Positions 49,610-60,656 of a stretch of DNA of 64,000 nucleotides are shown in pieces. Location: positions 5,478 to 69,477 of the forward strand of contig CAYNIW010000008.1 in NCBI GenBank assembly GCA_964397545.1, written 5' to 3'. The notes under the pieces were generated by a model that worked only from the letters and a program-made list of their open reading frames with translations, was not told the origin of the DNA and ran no database searches. The stretch comes from an uncultured Desulfuromonadaceae bacterium. GTDB lineage: Bacteria; SDB-A. Positions within the stretch are counted from its first letter, which is position 1. Each line of letters opens with the position of its first letter. A program made the position numbers and the translations under genes.

Positions 49610-50806
49610 ATGGCTTGGGTAAAACTCAAAAATAAAGCCGAAAAAAAAGTTATCCGCGGTTATCCCTGGGTCTGGGATAACGAAATTCAATCCACCTCAA
49701 ACGCTCCGGCGCCGGGTTCAGTCGTTTCAGTTCTGGATTCAAACGACTATTTTCTCGGAAAAGGCTTTTACAATCCTGCATCATCAATTCGCGTCCGCAT
49801 TATCACAGAATCCGACGAACCTATAGATTTTGATTTCGTGAAGAAAAGGATTTCCTCTGCGTGGACTCGCAGGAAAACAATGTTCCCCGGAGAAACATGT
49901 CTGAGGGCTTTTTTCTCAGAATCCGATGGCATACCGGGGCTTGTAATAGATTATTATGACGGCGCCGCCGTAATACAGCTCACAGCGCTCAGCGCGGAAA
50001 TCTTAAAACGAGACATCATAAAATCTGTCGACGAAATTTTCAAGCCTTCTTTCATAGTCGAGAGATCCGATTCACCTATCAGGCTTAAAGAAGGCCTTGA
50101 ACCTTTTAAAGGACTGATTTCCGGAGTGTTTGAATTCGAGAAAAAAGTGAAAATAAACGGAGTCTGTTTTTCTCTGAATTTATTGGATTCCCAAAAAACA
50201 GGTTTTTTTCTCGATCAGAGAGAAAACTACACTCTTTTGTCCGGCATTGCCAAGGGGAAAAAAGTGTTGGACGCTTTCTGTAATATCGGCGCTTTCGGTA
50301 TCCACGCCGCCCTTTACGGAGCGGAAAAAGTTATCTTTCTCGACTGCTCAAAAAAAGCGCTGGATTCCGCTGAAAAAAACTATTTTTTGAACTCTCTTGG
50401 TTCTTCAGCAGAATTTGTTAAAGCCGACGCGGTCTCTTTTTTAAAAAAAATGCAGGAGCAAGGTGAAAAATTCGACGTGATTATCCTCGATCCTCCGGCT
50501 TTTGTCAAAAACAGGAAAAAGCTTAAACAGGGTATTAAAGGATACAAGGAAATAAACATGAGGGCGATGGACATGCTCAATGAAAACGGTTTTCTCATCT
50601 CCTGCTCCTGTTCACAGCATCTTGAAGTCTATTCTTTTCTGAACATGCTGAAAACAGCGGCCGCCGATCGAAGGTTGGAATTCAGTCTTCTTTCTCTTAC
50701 TTTCCAGCCCAAAGATCATCCTTCTATACTTCCCATGGAAGATTTTCCATACCTGAAATGTGCTCTTTTGGAAAAAAAAGGCTTCAATAACCGTATTTTT
50801 CCCTGA
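49610..50806 (+). CDS. rlmI: 23S rRNA m5C methyltransferase RlmI-like (PUA + SAM-dependent methyltransferase)
   Basis: YPWVWDNEI N-terminus. DAFCNIGAFGIHAA SAM motif. ILDPPAF. Confidence 0.8.
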   Translation: MAWVKLKNKAEKKVIRGYPWVWDNEIQSTSNAPAPGSVVSVLDSNDYFLGKGFYNPASSIRVRIITESDEPIDFDFVKKRISSAWTRRKTMFPGETCLRAFFSESDGIPGLVIDYYDGAAVIQLTALSAEILKRDIIKSVDEIFKPSFIVERSDSPIRLKEGLEPFKGLISGVFEFEKKVKINGVCFSLNLLDSQKTGFFLDQRENYTLLSGIAKGKKVLDAFCNIGAFGIHAALYGAEKVIFLDCSKKALDSAEKNYFLNSLGSSAEFVKADAVSFLKKMQEQGEKFDVIILDPPAFVKNRKKLKQGIKGYKEINMRAMDMLNENGFLISCSCSQHLEVYSFLNMLKTAAADRRLEFSLLSLTFQPKDHPSILPMEDFPYLKCALLEKKGFNNRIFP

Positions 50807-53800
50807 AGGCTTTGATTTTACCCTCTTTATCTCCCGTTTTTTTTAAGACGTCGAGATATTCTCCGGCTTTCTTGAAAGAGCCGCAGTCGGCGAAAAGACA
50901 TGCGATGTTATATGCGATATCGTTCTTCAAATCGGTGTTGTCCAGCCCTCCCGCTTTTTCAAAAGCTTTGTCGAGATAATCATGACTTTTTGAAAAATCA
51001 TTAATTCTTCTGTAAAGTTTGGCTATTTCAAAAAGTATTTCCGTTTCCGTTGTTTTATCGCCTTTAATTTCACAGAGTTTCAGAGCTTCGTTATAGTATT
51101 TCACGGCGTCTTCGGCGTCAGACATCCTGTATTTCAGGTCTCCCGTCTGACACAGCGCTTTGATTTCCCAGTTGATGTTACCCGTCTCTTTCGCCAATTC
51201 AAGATACTCTCTGCTGAATTTCCAAGCTTCGTCGAATTTGTCTTCATGCTTTTTCATTTCACTGATATTGTAAAGGCTCGACGCCTCACCTTCCCTGATT
51301 CCGGCTTCCCTGAATATCTTCAGCGCTTCCATAAAATGCTTTTCTGCATTCAATATCCTGCCTTTTATTGCTTCAAGATTCCCTAAGTTGATTTGAGCTC
51401 CGGCCTTTTCTTCGTTTATTCCGTTTTTGAGGGCGATTTCGTAACTCTGATTGAAACATTTTTCAGCTTCTTCGTATTTTTTCTGCTGGGCGAGTATCGC
51501 GCCAATGTTTGAAAGGGCAAGGGCTTCAAATTTTTTGTCTCCGGTTTCCACTGCTATCTTCATAGCGTTTTCATAGCTTGCGAGGGCTTTGTCAAAATTT
51601 TTCATAGAAGCGAAAAGAACGCCCATATTGCCAAGCGTCCTGCACCTAAGCGTCTTTTGTCCGGTTTTCTCAGAGTATTCAAGAGCTTTTTGGAAACAGC
51701 TGAGAGCCGTTTCAAACTCTCTTTCTCCAAGAAAGGATGTTCCAAGTTCATTGTTTGCGTCCGCCAGCAGAGTCTCAGCGCCGAGCTTTTCAAAATGCTC
51801 AATAGCCCTGCTGATTTTCTCCCGCGCTTCTTTATTTTTTCCGGTTTTCTTTAGAATTCTTCCTTCTGTCAACTCGGTCTCGGCGGCTTTTTGATTATTC
51901 CCTTCTTTTTTGTGATATTGGGAAAGTCTCCTGCAGATTCTCAGAAGTTCAAGATTCGCTCCTTTTCGGAGCATTACTTTCATGTATTCTTCCGCATATT
52001 CCGCCCATTTGTCCCATACTTCGGCTTTCTCGGACTGCTCGACTAACAGTTTAGTGTGCATTTCGAGTTCTTTGGAAAGCCTGCTCTCGGCAATTTCGAA
52101 TATTTTTTTGTGGAGCTTTTTTCTCTCCGACGGTAAATGCAATTGATAAGCAGCTTCTCTGAGCATAGCGTGCCTGAACATATAGATATCTTCATAATTC
52201 AATTCTCTCGCTATTATCTGCCCCTGTTCCCCTTTATCGAGAAAAAATTCAAGTTCTTCTCTTATATCTTCTTCGATAATCGAACGAAGAATTTCAACAA
52301 GAAAACGCTCTCCTATCACCGCGGCTTTTTTAATTATTTCGCGAAGCTCAAAGTCCATTGAATCGAGTCTCGCTGTCAACAGATCGCAAAGTGAATCAGG
52401 AAGCCTCTCTATTTTCCCCCATATTTCCGCGGGAGATCCATTCAGCATGTTTTGTTCTTTTAAAAAAACAATAGTCTGTTCAAGGAAAAACGGATTTCCC
52501 TGAGTGTTTTCAAAAAGATATTTTTCCGTCGCTTCGGAAGGGTTGAGACCGGTTATCTGGGAAAACATTCTGGATATCAGTTCCCTGCTTTCGAAAGAAT
52601 GAAGGTCTATTTCGGTTGTGTTTACTCTTCTGTCGAGGTTTATCCTCGGCCTGCTGCCCTTTTCATCGAATCGTGAAGTGCAGATAACGGCGAAAGGATA
52701 ATCCAAAACATTCCTCGTGGCGGCGGAAAGCCATTCCATCGTCAATTCATCAATGTTGTTGAGGTCATCCACCAGCAAAACCATCGGTTTTTTTCTGGAC
52801 ATCGCTTTTACAAATTCTTTCAAGGCGAAGATCTGATTTTCTTTTTTTCTGTCTTCGCTTTGTTTCTCATAAGAAGGGTCAGCCGGAGGGAAGCCGATAA
52901 TGTCCGCGATCGGGTTAATATGTTTGGGCAAAAGCTGTATTTGGAGAGCTTCAACGCAGTTTTTCAGTTCTTCGTATGATAAAATGTTCTTTTCCAGTTT
53001 CAGAAAATCCAAAAGCCACTGCGATACAGGGAACCATGGGTATCTCGAGGTTTCCTCGCACTGAAGATGCATGACGGTCAGGTCAACTCCTTCTTGTTTC
53101 ATTTGCTCTATCAGTTCCCATGCGAGTCTGCTCTTTCCGATACCTGCTTCGCCGTATATATAGCAAACACCCGCGTTTTTATTTTCAGTCAATATACATG
53201 ACGAAAAATCCTTCAACTCCTTTAGTTCTTTTTCCCTTCCTACCATTTTAAACTTAAAAGCCAGCGTCCTTGTCTCATTAAGGGACTCAACCGCGTATAT
53301 CTTTTCAGGAGATGCTTTGCCCTTGAAAACCGCTTCTTTTTGAAATCTGAAACAAACGCCTTTTTCAGTCCGGGTTTTTACTCTTTCAGAGGCGAGAATT
53401 TCTTTTTCTTCACATGCGCTCATTATTCTCGCGGAAGTATTCACAACATTGCCAAGGCATGTCCACTCGGCGCGTTCAGTTCCGCCGGTCATTCCGGCAT
53501 AGACAAGTCCGGTGTCTATGCCTATTCTCGCGTTGAAACCCGCTTCTCTCATCTTTACAGAAAACCTGACGGCGAGATCCTCCGGATTCTCTTTAGCCTC
53601 GGGAGCTCCGAAAAGGACAAGGGCGACTATCCCTTTGTCCCCATAGTCAATCTTATTCAAACAGCCTCCGAAATATTCCGCAAGTTCATAAATTTTCCTG
53701 AAAGCTTTATCCTGAACAGCCGCATCCATTTCGTCAATTTTAATGAAAACCGGCGTCGCATGTCTCAATTCGCCTCTCTCTCCGGCTTTAACAATATATT

Positions 53801-54395
53801 CGGGCACAAATTTGGATAAGATTTCATTTGGAACAGGTTGCGTTTGAAACGAGGTCTGCGGCATTACAGTTTTCAAACTGCCTTCCCATCCAATTTTTCC
53901 CGTGTCCACTCCTTCGGCTTTTGTTATTGCTGAAGATATTGCCTGTCCCGTGAAAACGTAGGTATTCATTTGACTGCCAAGGCTGATTATTCTCCAGTCG
54001 ATATCGCCTGTTCCTACGCCGCACTTGCATGTAAAGTTCAAATCGCCCAAATCCGTCTTTCTCTTGCCCTCTCTTTCGAAAAAGTATGTAAGTATGATTG
54101 CGACAGAATATGCAATTTTACCGTCGTCACCGGGAAATATCGCCGTAAAAGCATCTCCGGCGAAAGTGGTCACGTGTCCCCCATATTTATGGACGGTTTT
54201 TATAGGCATATCAAAAACCCACAAAAGCTGTTTTGATATTTCTTCCGCTCCGGAGTCGCCTTTTTTGAAAAACATCTCGGTCATTTTCGTGAATCCGCCG
54301 AGATCTGTAAACAGAGCAGACCCTCTGGTTGTGCCTGTCATCTCTTTGGCTTTCATTTTTTCAGAAATAAAAACGGGTATGGCGTTACTTTTCAA
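50784..54395 (-). CDS. Tandem class III adenylate/guanylate cyclase domains fused to an AAA_16 ATPase and a long TPR array
   Basis: Two CHDs (FTDLGGFT...FAGDAF; IGIDTGLVYAG...GNVVNTSARI). P-loop YGEAGIGKSRLAWEL. Many TPR repeats C-terminally. Confidence 0.75.
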   Translation of the reverse strand: MKSNAIPVFISEKMKAKEMTGTTRGSALFTDLGGFTKMTEMFFKKGDSGAEEISKQLLWVFDMPIKTVHKYGGHVTTFAGDAFTAIFPGDDGKIAYSVAIILTYFFEREGKRKTDLGDLNFTCKCGVGTGDIDWRIISLGSQMNTYVFTGQAISSAITKAEGVDTGKIGWEGSLKTVMPQTSFQTQPVPNEILSKFVPEYIVKAGERGELRHATPVFIKIDEMDAAVQDKAFRKIYELAEYFGGCLNKIDYGDKGIVALVLFGAPEAKENPEDLAVRFSVKMREAGFNARIGIDTGLVYAGMTGGTERAEWTCLGNVVNTSARIMSACEEKEILASERVKTRTEKGVCFRFQKEAVFKGKASPEKIYAVESLNETRTLAFKFKMVGREKELKELKDFSSCILTENKNAGVCYIYGEAGIGKSRLAWELIEQMKQEGVDLTVMHLQCEETSRYPWFPVSQWLLDFLKLEKNILSYEELKNCVEALQIQLLPKHINPIADIIGFPPADPSYEKQSEDRKKENQIFALKEFVKAMSRKKPMVLLVDDLNNIDELTMEWLSAATRNVLDYPFAVICTSRFDEKGSRPRINLDRRVNTTEIDLHSFESRELISRMFSQITGLNPSEATEKYLFENTQGNPFFLEQTIVFLKEQNMLNGSPAEIWGKIERLPDSLCDLLTARLDSMDFELREIIKKAAVIGERFLVEILRSIIEEDIREELEFFLDKGEQGQIIARELNYEDIYMFRHAMLREAAYQLHLPSERKKLHKKIFEIAESRLSKELEMHTKLLVEQSEKAEVWDKWAEYAEEYMKVMLRKGANLELLRICRRLSQYHKKEGNNQKAAETELTEGRILKKTGKNKEAREKISRAIEHFEKLGAETLLADANNELGTSFLGEREFETALSCFQKALEYSEKTGQKTLRCRTLGNMGVLFASMKNFDKALASYENAMKIAVETGDKKFEALALSNIGAILAQQKKYEEAEKCFNQSYEIALKNGINEEKAGAQINLGNLEAIKGRILNAEKHFMEALKIFREAGIREGEASSLYNISEMKKHEDKFDEAWKFSREYLELAKETGNINWEIKALCQTGDLKYRMSDAEDAVKYYNEALKLCEIKGDKTTETEILFEIAKLYRRINDFSKSHDYLDKAFEKAGGLDNTDLKNDIAYNIACLFADCGSFKKAGEYLDVLKKTGDKEGKIKAFREKYGY

Positions 54396-54461
54396 CTATC
54401 TCTCCGGCAGTGTATTTTTTTAGAAAAAAATACTGAAATATTCCTCGATAGGTCATTGGGT

Positions 54462-55214
54462 TCAGTCTTCATTCCCTGAAAATTCTATAGAGTCAGCTCT
54501 AAAATACAGAACTTTTGCCCCTGTTGTATCTCCTCCTTTTTCAAGAAGCCTCGCATAAGCCCTCCAGAGTTCAGGGTCGTGGGGGTCTTTTTCCGTGAGC
54601 TCCTTAAAAAGCCTTTCGGCTTTGACAAGATCCATCTGTTCTTCGTTCACCGCGGCAAGAGAATAGAGGAACCTTATATTGTCGGGTTCTTCATTTACTA
54701 ATATCTCAAGAATGTCTTCTGCATCTTTTAGCTTTCTTCTCTGCTGTAAAAGCAAAGCGAGAGAATATCTCGCGTAAAGATCCGAAGAATCGGACAATAC
54801 CGCTCTTTGTATATAGAATTCGGCTTTTTGGAGATCTCCGATTCTGCGATAGACATTCCCAGCGGCCAAATTCCCGTGAAAATTCAACGAGTCCGCCGAC
54901 ATGGAAGCCTCAGCGTAAAAGAGGGATTTTTCAGTTTCTCCCATCGCGAATAGAACTCTCGCGTAAAGACCGTTCGCGTCAGGAGATTTGGGCTGAATTT
55001 CAACGGCTTTTTTAGACTCTGAAAGGGCTTTCTCAAGATGGCGCTGAATCTCTTCGGAGTTTTCGTAGCCTTTCTTTAACCTGTTGACCCTATCAAGCCT
55101 AAAAGATACGGAATCGATAAGTTCATCGTAGCTTGCTTTCTTTGAACAGGCGCTGAAAAGGATAAAAACCGCCGCAACGACCGCGGTTAATTTAGACATC
55201 CTAATACAATTCAT
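54462..55214 (-). CDS. TPR-repeat lipoprotein
   Basis: Signal plus lipobox LFSACSK. Four or five TPR motifs. Confidence 0.5.
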   Translation of the reverse strand: MNCIRMSKLTAVVAAVFILFSACSKKASYDELIDSVSFRLDRVNRLKKGYENSEEIQRHLEKALSESKKAVEIQPKSPDANGLYARVLFAMGETEKSLFYAEASMSADSLNFHGNLAAGNVYRRIGDLQKAEFYIQRAVLSDSSDLYARYSLALLLQQRRKLKDAEDILEILVNEEPDNIRFLYSLAAVNEEQMDLVKAERLFKELTEKDPHDPELWRAYARLLEKGGDTTGAKVLYFRADSIEFSGNED

Positions 55215-56022
55215 TTATTTCTCCCTTAAACACTTCTTCGGCTTCTCCTATAAGGCATATTTGGCCGTCAGAACTTTCAGTTATATTTATCTTCCCTCCT
55301 CTATGAGAGGCTGCAGAGTCTTGTTCTATCATTTTCAGCTTTCGCAAAACAGCATATGCCGCCGCCGCACCGGTTCCGCAGGAAAGCGTTTCACCCGCTC
55401 CTCTTTCGTAAACTCTCTGCGAAAATAACCTCCGATCCACGCATTCAACCGCTGAAACATTGACTCCTTCAGGAAATATTCCTCTTAAGATATTTTCGTC
55501 GAAAAGAGCTTTGAGGTCTGTATTTTCGACATCCTCGACAAGCACAACCGCATGAGGATTTCCCAAGGAAACACAGTAATAATCGGGTCTGCCGTTTTTC
55601 TCTGTTTTTAGCGGAAAGGTTTCTCTTTCTTTCGAAATATCAAAAAAAGGCATACCAATTTCCGTTTTAACAGATGCTTTGTTTTTGTCGTCAAAATTCA
55701 GTATTTCACATTTTTTAGTCCCTGAATCGGTTTGAACTAAGATATCTACTTTTCTTTTAACATTGAGGTAATAATACAAAGCGGCTGACCTGAGTCCGTT
55801 TCCGCACATCTGAGCGGAGGACCCATCGCTGTTGAATATCTTCAGCTTCATGTCCGCATTATCCTTATTGCTCAAAATCAGCAGGCCGTCGCCTCCGATT
55901 TTTCGTTTTCTGTCGCAGAGATTTTTAGCGAGAAGTTCCGGGGAAATATCCGGAAGTTCCCTGTCTATCAGGTTCAATATTATATAATCGTTTCCATTTG
56001 CCTGATACTTGCTGAAAAACAT
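55201..56022 (-). CDS. dapF: Diaminopimelate epimerase
   Basis: ANGNDYIIL N-terminus and MCGNGLRS active-site Cys. Confidence 0.85.
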   Translation of the reverse strand: MFFSKYQANGNDYIILNLIDRELPDISPELLAKNLCDRKRKIGGDGLLILSNKDNADMKLKIFNSDGSSAQMCGNGLRSAALYYYLNVKRKVDILVQTDSGTKKCEILNFDDKNKASVKTEIGMPFFDISKERETFPLKTEKNGRPDYYCVSLGNPHAVVLVEDVENTDLKALFDENILRGIFPEGVNVSAVECVDRRLFSQRVYERGAGETLSCGTGAAAAYAVLRKLKMIEQDSAASHRGGKINITESSDGQICLIGEAEEVFKGEINELY

Positions 56023-56235
56023 GAACAGGCTCCTTTTTTACCGGTGTTTGTATGTCCGGCTTTACAGCTTCTTACTTATTCTGCATGAATTTGGGCTTAA
56101 ATTCAAGTTTATAGTTACAGAACAATAAGAATGTATAAAATTCTTCGATTCAACCTCTATCAAATAATCGAGCACGAAAGTAAAATCAATAATTGAAAAC
56201 GCCGCTTTTTTAATATATCCTTAAACGAGGGTTAT

Positions 56236-58440
56236 TTGATGAATAAAACCGTTCTAATCGTCGAAGATGAGAATCTGATATCTCTAAAAATCAAGCTCGT
56301 TCTCGAACAAAATTCTTACGATGTGACAGATGTTGTCGATTCCGCCGAGAAGGCTCTTTCGGTTCTGGAAAAACAAAAACCCGATATAATTTTACTCGAC
56401 ATTCTGCTTTCAGGAGAAATGGACGGAATAAAAGCCGCCTCTCTGATAAAGGAGAAGTTTGATATTCCAGTCGTCTTTCTCACCGCAATAAACGATGAAT
56501 CGCTTCTCAAAGATATTTCCGAAAGCGGCTATTACGGCATTATATACAAGCCCATTGAGGGAGAAGAACTTATTGATACCATAGAAAAAGCGCTCTCACG
56601 AAAGAATAACGACGCCTATCGTGATCAAAACACTGAAAAATTAAAAAGAAGTTCCTCTCCGGACGACATATTTTTTGCCCAAAAATCTTTTGATTTACTC
56701 AACGCTATATTGATATTCGTGAACAGCGAAGGCTCCATCCTGAGACTCAACAGCAGAGCGGAAGAAGCATTGGGTCTGCGCACAGACGAAGTTTCAGGAA
56801 AAAAAATCGACTCTGTCTTTGAACTAAAAAGCTCAAAGAGCTGGAAACTGCCGTCAAAAATATTCAGCGACCTTCTCGACAACGGAGACATAGCGCTGTT
56901 TTCTTCTTTTGCCGAATTCAACCTCCATGATTCGAAATATGGAGTTTCAAAAATGAGCTCAGTTGTAAAAGGTTCTGACGGAAAAATTCAGTTTTTTATT
57001 CTCATTCTCGAGGACAAATATTTTGAAGAGATAATCGACAATTTTTACAGAATCAGCGCCGACAGATTAAAAGCAATGATAAACAATATCGGCGAAGGAA
57101 TAGGTGTCGTCAACGGACAGGAAAGATTCATATTTTCCAACCCTGCCGCCGACAGGATATTCGGAGTTTACCCTCAGAGTTTAATAGGAAGAAACTTAAA
57201 GAGTTTTCTTTCTGCAGATCAAATTCAATTCATCCTCTACGAGACGGAGAACAGGAAATCTTTGAAAAAGACCAACTATTCACTTGAAATCACCCGCCCC
57301 GACGGAGAAAAGAGAACACTAAATGTAACCGCGACTCCTGAAACGAGCCCCGAAGGAGAATATATCAGCTCCATTGGCATCTTCTCCGACATAACAGAAA
57401 AGATAAAAGGAGACAGAATATTAAAAGAAGAACAGGAAAAATTCAAACACCTAATCACGGGAAGCAGGGACATTGTCTATATGATAGATACCGAAGGAAA
57501 GATAGTTTTCATCGGTCCTCAGACAAAAGCCTACAACATAGACCCCGATGAGATAGTCGGAATAAATCTGCTCGAATTCGTTCACCCGGACGACAGAGAG
57601 AGGGTCATGAAGGAATTCGAACAAGTCGTAAAATCAGGTAAATCCTTCCCTTCTGAAGTCCGCCTTGTGGACAAGGAAGGCGCTGTTCATTGGTTCGAAG
57701 ATTACGGAAATCCGACTTTCGACCAAAAAGGCGACGTAAACGGACAGATAGGAATGCTCAGAGATATAACTGAGAGAAAGAAGATAAATAACGCGCTCAA
57801 TAACGCGCTTAAAGAAAAAGAAATACTCCTCCACGAAATCCACCACAGGGTCAGAAACAATCTCGAAGTCATATCCAGCCTTCTTCAGCTACAGGCGTCT
57901 TCCGTCGGTGACGAAAGACTTTCTATTCTGCTCAAGGAAACCCAAAGCAGAGTTCTGAGTATTGGTCACGTTCACGGCCTTTTATTCCACTCTCAGAGCT
58001 ACACTTCAATTGAATTTTCAGATTTCTTGGAAATCCTCGCCAAAGAAAATTACATGACTTTCAGAAAGATTGTAAATCAGCTGGAAATCAAGAAAGATCT
58101 GAGTAAATTGACCCTGAGCATAGACAAAGCCATTCCGGCAGGTCTCATTGTAAATGAAATCATGATAAATTGCCTTAGACACGCCTTTACCGGAATCAAC
58201 AACGGAATTCTTTATATTTCACTTAAGAAAGCCGCGGGAACAGATGTAAACGGGAAGAAAAAAGATTTTGCTCAGATAATAATAAAGGACAACGGCGTCG
58301 GCATACCGGAAGGGACAGACATAACAAACGCCAAAACTCTCGGCATGACAATTGTCAAACTGCTGATAAAACAGTTAAACGGCGAAATATCAGCTAAAAG
58401 AAACGAAGGCACTGAAATTACAGTGCAATTCCCCTTGTAG
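56236..58440 (+). CDS. Hybrid sensor: N-terminal receiver, three PAS domains, HisKA_2-type histidine kinase
   Basis: REC (ILLDILLSGEMDG). PAS blocks. HEIHHRVRNNLEVISSLLQLQ (HisKA_2 H-box). HATPase_c G-boxes. Confidence 0.8.
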   Translation: MMNKTVLIVEDENLISLKIKLVLEQNSYDVTDVVDSAEKALSVLEKQKPDIILLDILLSGEMDGIKAASLIKEKFDIPVVFLTAINDESLLKDISESGYYGIIYKPIEGEELIDTIEKALSRKNNDAYRDQNTEKLKRSSSPDDIFFAQKSFDLLNAILIFVNSEGSILRLNSRAEEALGLRTDEVSGKKIDSVFELKSSKSWKLPSKIFSDLLDNGDIALFSSFAEFNLHDSKYGVSKMSSVVKGSDGKIQFFILILEDKYFEEIIDNFYRISADRLKAMINNIGEGIGVVNGQERFIFSNPAADRIFGVYPQSLIGRNLKSFLSADQIQFILYETENRKSLKKTNYSLEITRPDGEKRTLNVTATPETSPEGEYISSIGIFSDITEKIKGDRILKEEQEKFKHLITGSRDIVYMIDTEGKIVFIGPQTKAYNIDPDEIVGINLLEFVHPDDRERVMKEFEQVVKSGKSFPSEVRLVDKEGAVHWFEDYGNPTFDQKGDVNGQIGMLRDITERKKINNALNNALKEKEILLHEIHHRVRNNLEVISSLLQLQASSVGDERLSILLKETQSRVLSIGHVHGLLFHSQSYTSIEFSDFLEILAKENYMTFRKIVNQLEIKKDLSKLTLSIDKAIPAGLIVNEIMINCLRHAFTGINNGILYISLKKAAGTDVNGKKKDFAQIIIKDNGVGIPEGTDITNAKTLGMTIVKLLIKQLNGEISAKRNEGTEITVQFPL

Positions 58441-58441
58441 T

Positions 58442-58945
58442 CTATCTCTGTATTCCGAGTATCCTGTCTCCTTCTCTCTGCACTATTTCGCTGAATTTTT
58501 TTGACAGTTCCCCGTCAAAAAGAGAGCTTTCCGGATCGGAAACCCTTGGAGTCCAATAGCTTTCCATTTCAAGCCATTTTGAATGGCTGTATCCGTGGTT
58601 GTTTAGAACAATCATGAAGTCAATTTTCTTTTCCGGATTGTCCGGGTCTTTCAAATAGGCCATTTCTGCGTGAATAACCGAATAATCTTCCAAGCTTCCC
58701 GGAGGGCCGCCTCCCCGTTTCTTTTCCAACGCCGCCTGATAGAGCGGCATAAAAGCCATTGCTGTCTTGCCCATGTCTTTCGGGTCGCTCATGAGAGCAG
58801 TGTAGTCCTTTTTGGCTTTATCCCACTCTATGGACGAAACTCCGTTTGATAAGGCAATTTCCTCTTCTTTTCCGGGGTCTCCGCCTGTTTCAGACATGAG
58901 TGCGCAGAGCTCCGCGTATTTCTCAAGTGACATTAACTCACTCAA
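58442..58945 (-). CDS. Hypothetical protein
   Basis: ORF with RBS GGAGGAAG. No motif recognised. Confidence 0.4.
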   Translation of the reverse strand: MSELMSLEKYAELCALMSETGGDPGKEEEIALSNGVSSIEWDKAKKDYTALMSDPKDMGKTAMAFMPLYQAALEKKRGGGPPGSLEDYSVIHAEMAYLKDPDNPEKKIDFMIVLNNHGYSHSKWLEMESYWTPRVSDPESSLFDGELSKKFSEIVQREGDRILGIQR

Positions 58946-59020
58946 TCTTCCTCCTTTTTTATGACTCCATAATTAACACTCATTACGCGTCATGTCCACA
59001 ACAGTCAATCCGGGCTAAGT

Positions 59021-60646
59021 TTAGTTCCCGCCGGATATGAAATTGACGTCTTTTTGAGGATCTTCGATGCCTCTTAATCCGAATTTTTCGACTAAAAGTT
59101 TTACGGCATCCGGTGAAACAAAAGCCGGCAGGGTTGGTCCCAGTATTATGTTTTTAAATCCGAGGAAAAGAAGGGCAAGAAGAACCGCTACTGCTTTCTG
59201 CTCATACCATGCTATGTCAAAAGCAAGTGGAAGATCATTGACATCTTTCAAGCCAAATGCCTCTTTGAGCTTTAATGCTGTCAGCGCGAGTGAATATGAA
59301 TCGTTGCACTGTCCGGCGTCGAGAACTCTCGGAATTCCGTTAATCTCGCCGAGATTGAGTTTATTATACCTGTATTTAGCGCACCCGGCCGTCAATATGA
59401 CCGTGTCTTTAGGCAGAAGTTCGGCGACCTCGGTATAATAATTTCTCGACGGATACCTGCCGTCACAGCCTGCCATAACTATGAATTTCTTTATCGCTCC
59501 GGATTTAATCTCTTCAACAATTTTTTCGGCGAGGGTTTCAACCTGTCCATGCGCGAATCCGCCGATAATTTCCCCTTTTTCAATTTCCTTGGGCGGAGGA
59601 CATTTTTTAGCGAGCTCGACTATTTGCGAAAAATCCTTTTTTCCGCCTTTTCTTCTTTCTTCTATATGTCTCACTCCCGGGTATCCCGTCATTCCGGTTG
59701 TGAAAATCCTTTCTCTGTATGAATCTTTTACGGGGATAATGCAGTTTGTCGTCATGAGGATTGGGCCGTTGAAGGATTCAAATTCTTTGTCCTGTTTCCA
59801 CCATGATCCTCCGTAATTCCCCATGAAATGTCCGTATTTCTTGAAAGCGGGATAGTAATGCGCGGGCAGCATCTCTCCGTGAGTGTAAACATCCACGCCG
59901 GTTCCGTCTGTAGCATCGAGCAGTTCCTCAAGATCCTTCAGGTCATGTCCGGATATGAGGATTCCGGGTTTGTCGCCGACGCCTGTTTTGACTTTTGTCT
60001 TTTCAGGATTTCCGTAAGCTGAGGTGTTCGCCGCATCGAGAACAGCCATAGCTTTTACCGCAGCTTCGCCAGTTTTGACGACCATATCGAAAAGCTCATT
60101 TTCCCCGGCATCGCTGTCGAGAAATGACAGTGCTCTGAACATGAACTCAAAAACGCTGTCGTCGTAGCGCTCTAACACAGCCGCGTGTTCCGCGTAAGCC
60201 GCTATTCCTTTTAGACCATAGAGAATTATAGATTTAAGAGATCTTTTATTTTCATCCGGAGATAAACTTAAAATTCCGACCTCTTTTGCTTTTTTCTCAA
60301 ATTCCGTTTGGTCACCTGTCCATGTAACGCAATCAGGAGCGCCTTCCTCTGCCGAGTGTTTTGCCTTCAGATCTTCTCTAATTTTCAGGCCTTCTTTGAT
60401 GAGCTCTTTAATTTTTTCGTCATCAAAATTAGCATTAGTGATGGTTGAAAAAAGTGCTTTGCAGAGAAATACGCCAATTTCTCTGTCGGCTTTTTTGTCT
60501 TTTTCGGCGCAGTAGGCTATTCCCCTCAGGATAAATATTAGAAGGTCTTGCAGATCTGAAGTTTTTTCAACTTTTCCGCAGACACCCCTTACAGTGCAGG
60601 CTTTGTTTCCGGCTGTCTCCTGACATTGATAACAATACATTGACAT
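59021..60646 (-). CDS. hcp: Hybrid-cluster protein / hydroxylamine reductase Hcp
   Basis: [26 protein letters not shown]-terminal cubane cysteine motif. Typical ~540 aa. AGGAGG RBS. Confidence 0.9.
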   Translation of the reverse strand: MSMYCYQCQETAGNKACTVRGVCGKVEKTSDLQDLLIFILRGIAYCAEKDKKADREIGVFLCKALFSTITNANFDDEKIKELIKEGLKIREDLKAKHSAEEGAPDCVTWTGDQTEFEKKAKEVGILSLSPDENKRSLKSIILYGLKGIAAYAEHAAVLERYDDSVFEFMFRALSFLDSDAGENELFDMVVKTGEAAVKAMAVLDAANTSAYGNPEKTKVKTGVGDKPGILISGHDLKDLEELLDATDGTGVDVYTHGEMLPAHYYPAFKKYGHFMGNYGGSWWKQDKEFESFNGPILMTTNCIIPVKDSYRERIFTTGMTGYPGVRHIEERRKGGKKDFSQIVELAKKCPPPKEIEKGEIIGGFAHGQVETLAEKIVEEIKSGAIKKFIVMAGCDGRYPSRNYYTEVAELLPKDTVILTAGCAKYRYNKLNLGEINGIPRVLDAGQCNDSYSLALTALKLKEAFGLKDVNDLPLAFDIAWYEQKAVAVLLALLFLGFKNIILGPTLPAFVSPDAVKLLVEKFGLRGIEDPQKDVNFISGGN

Positions 60647-60656
60647 AGCTGCCTCC

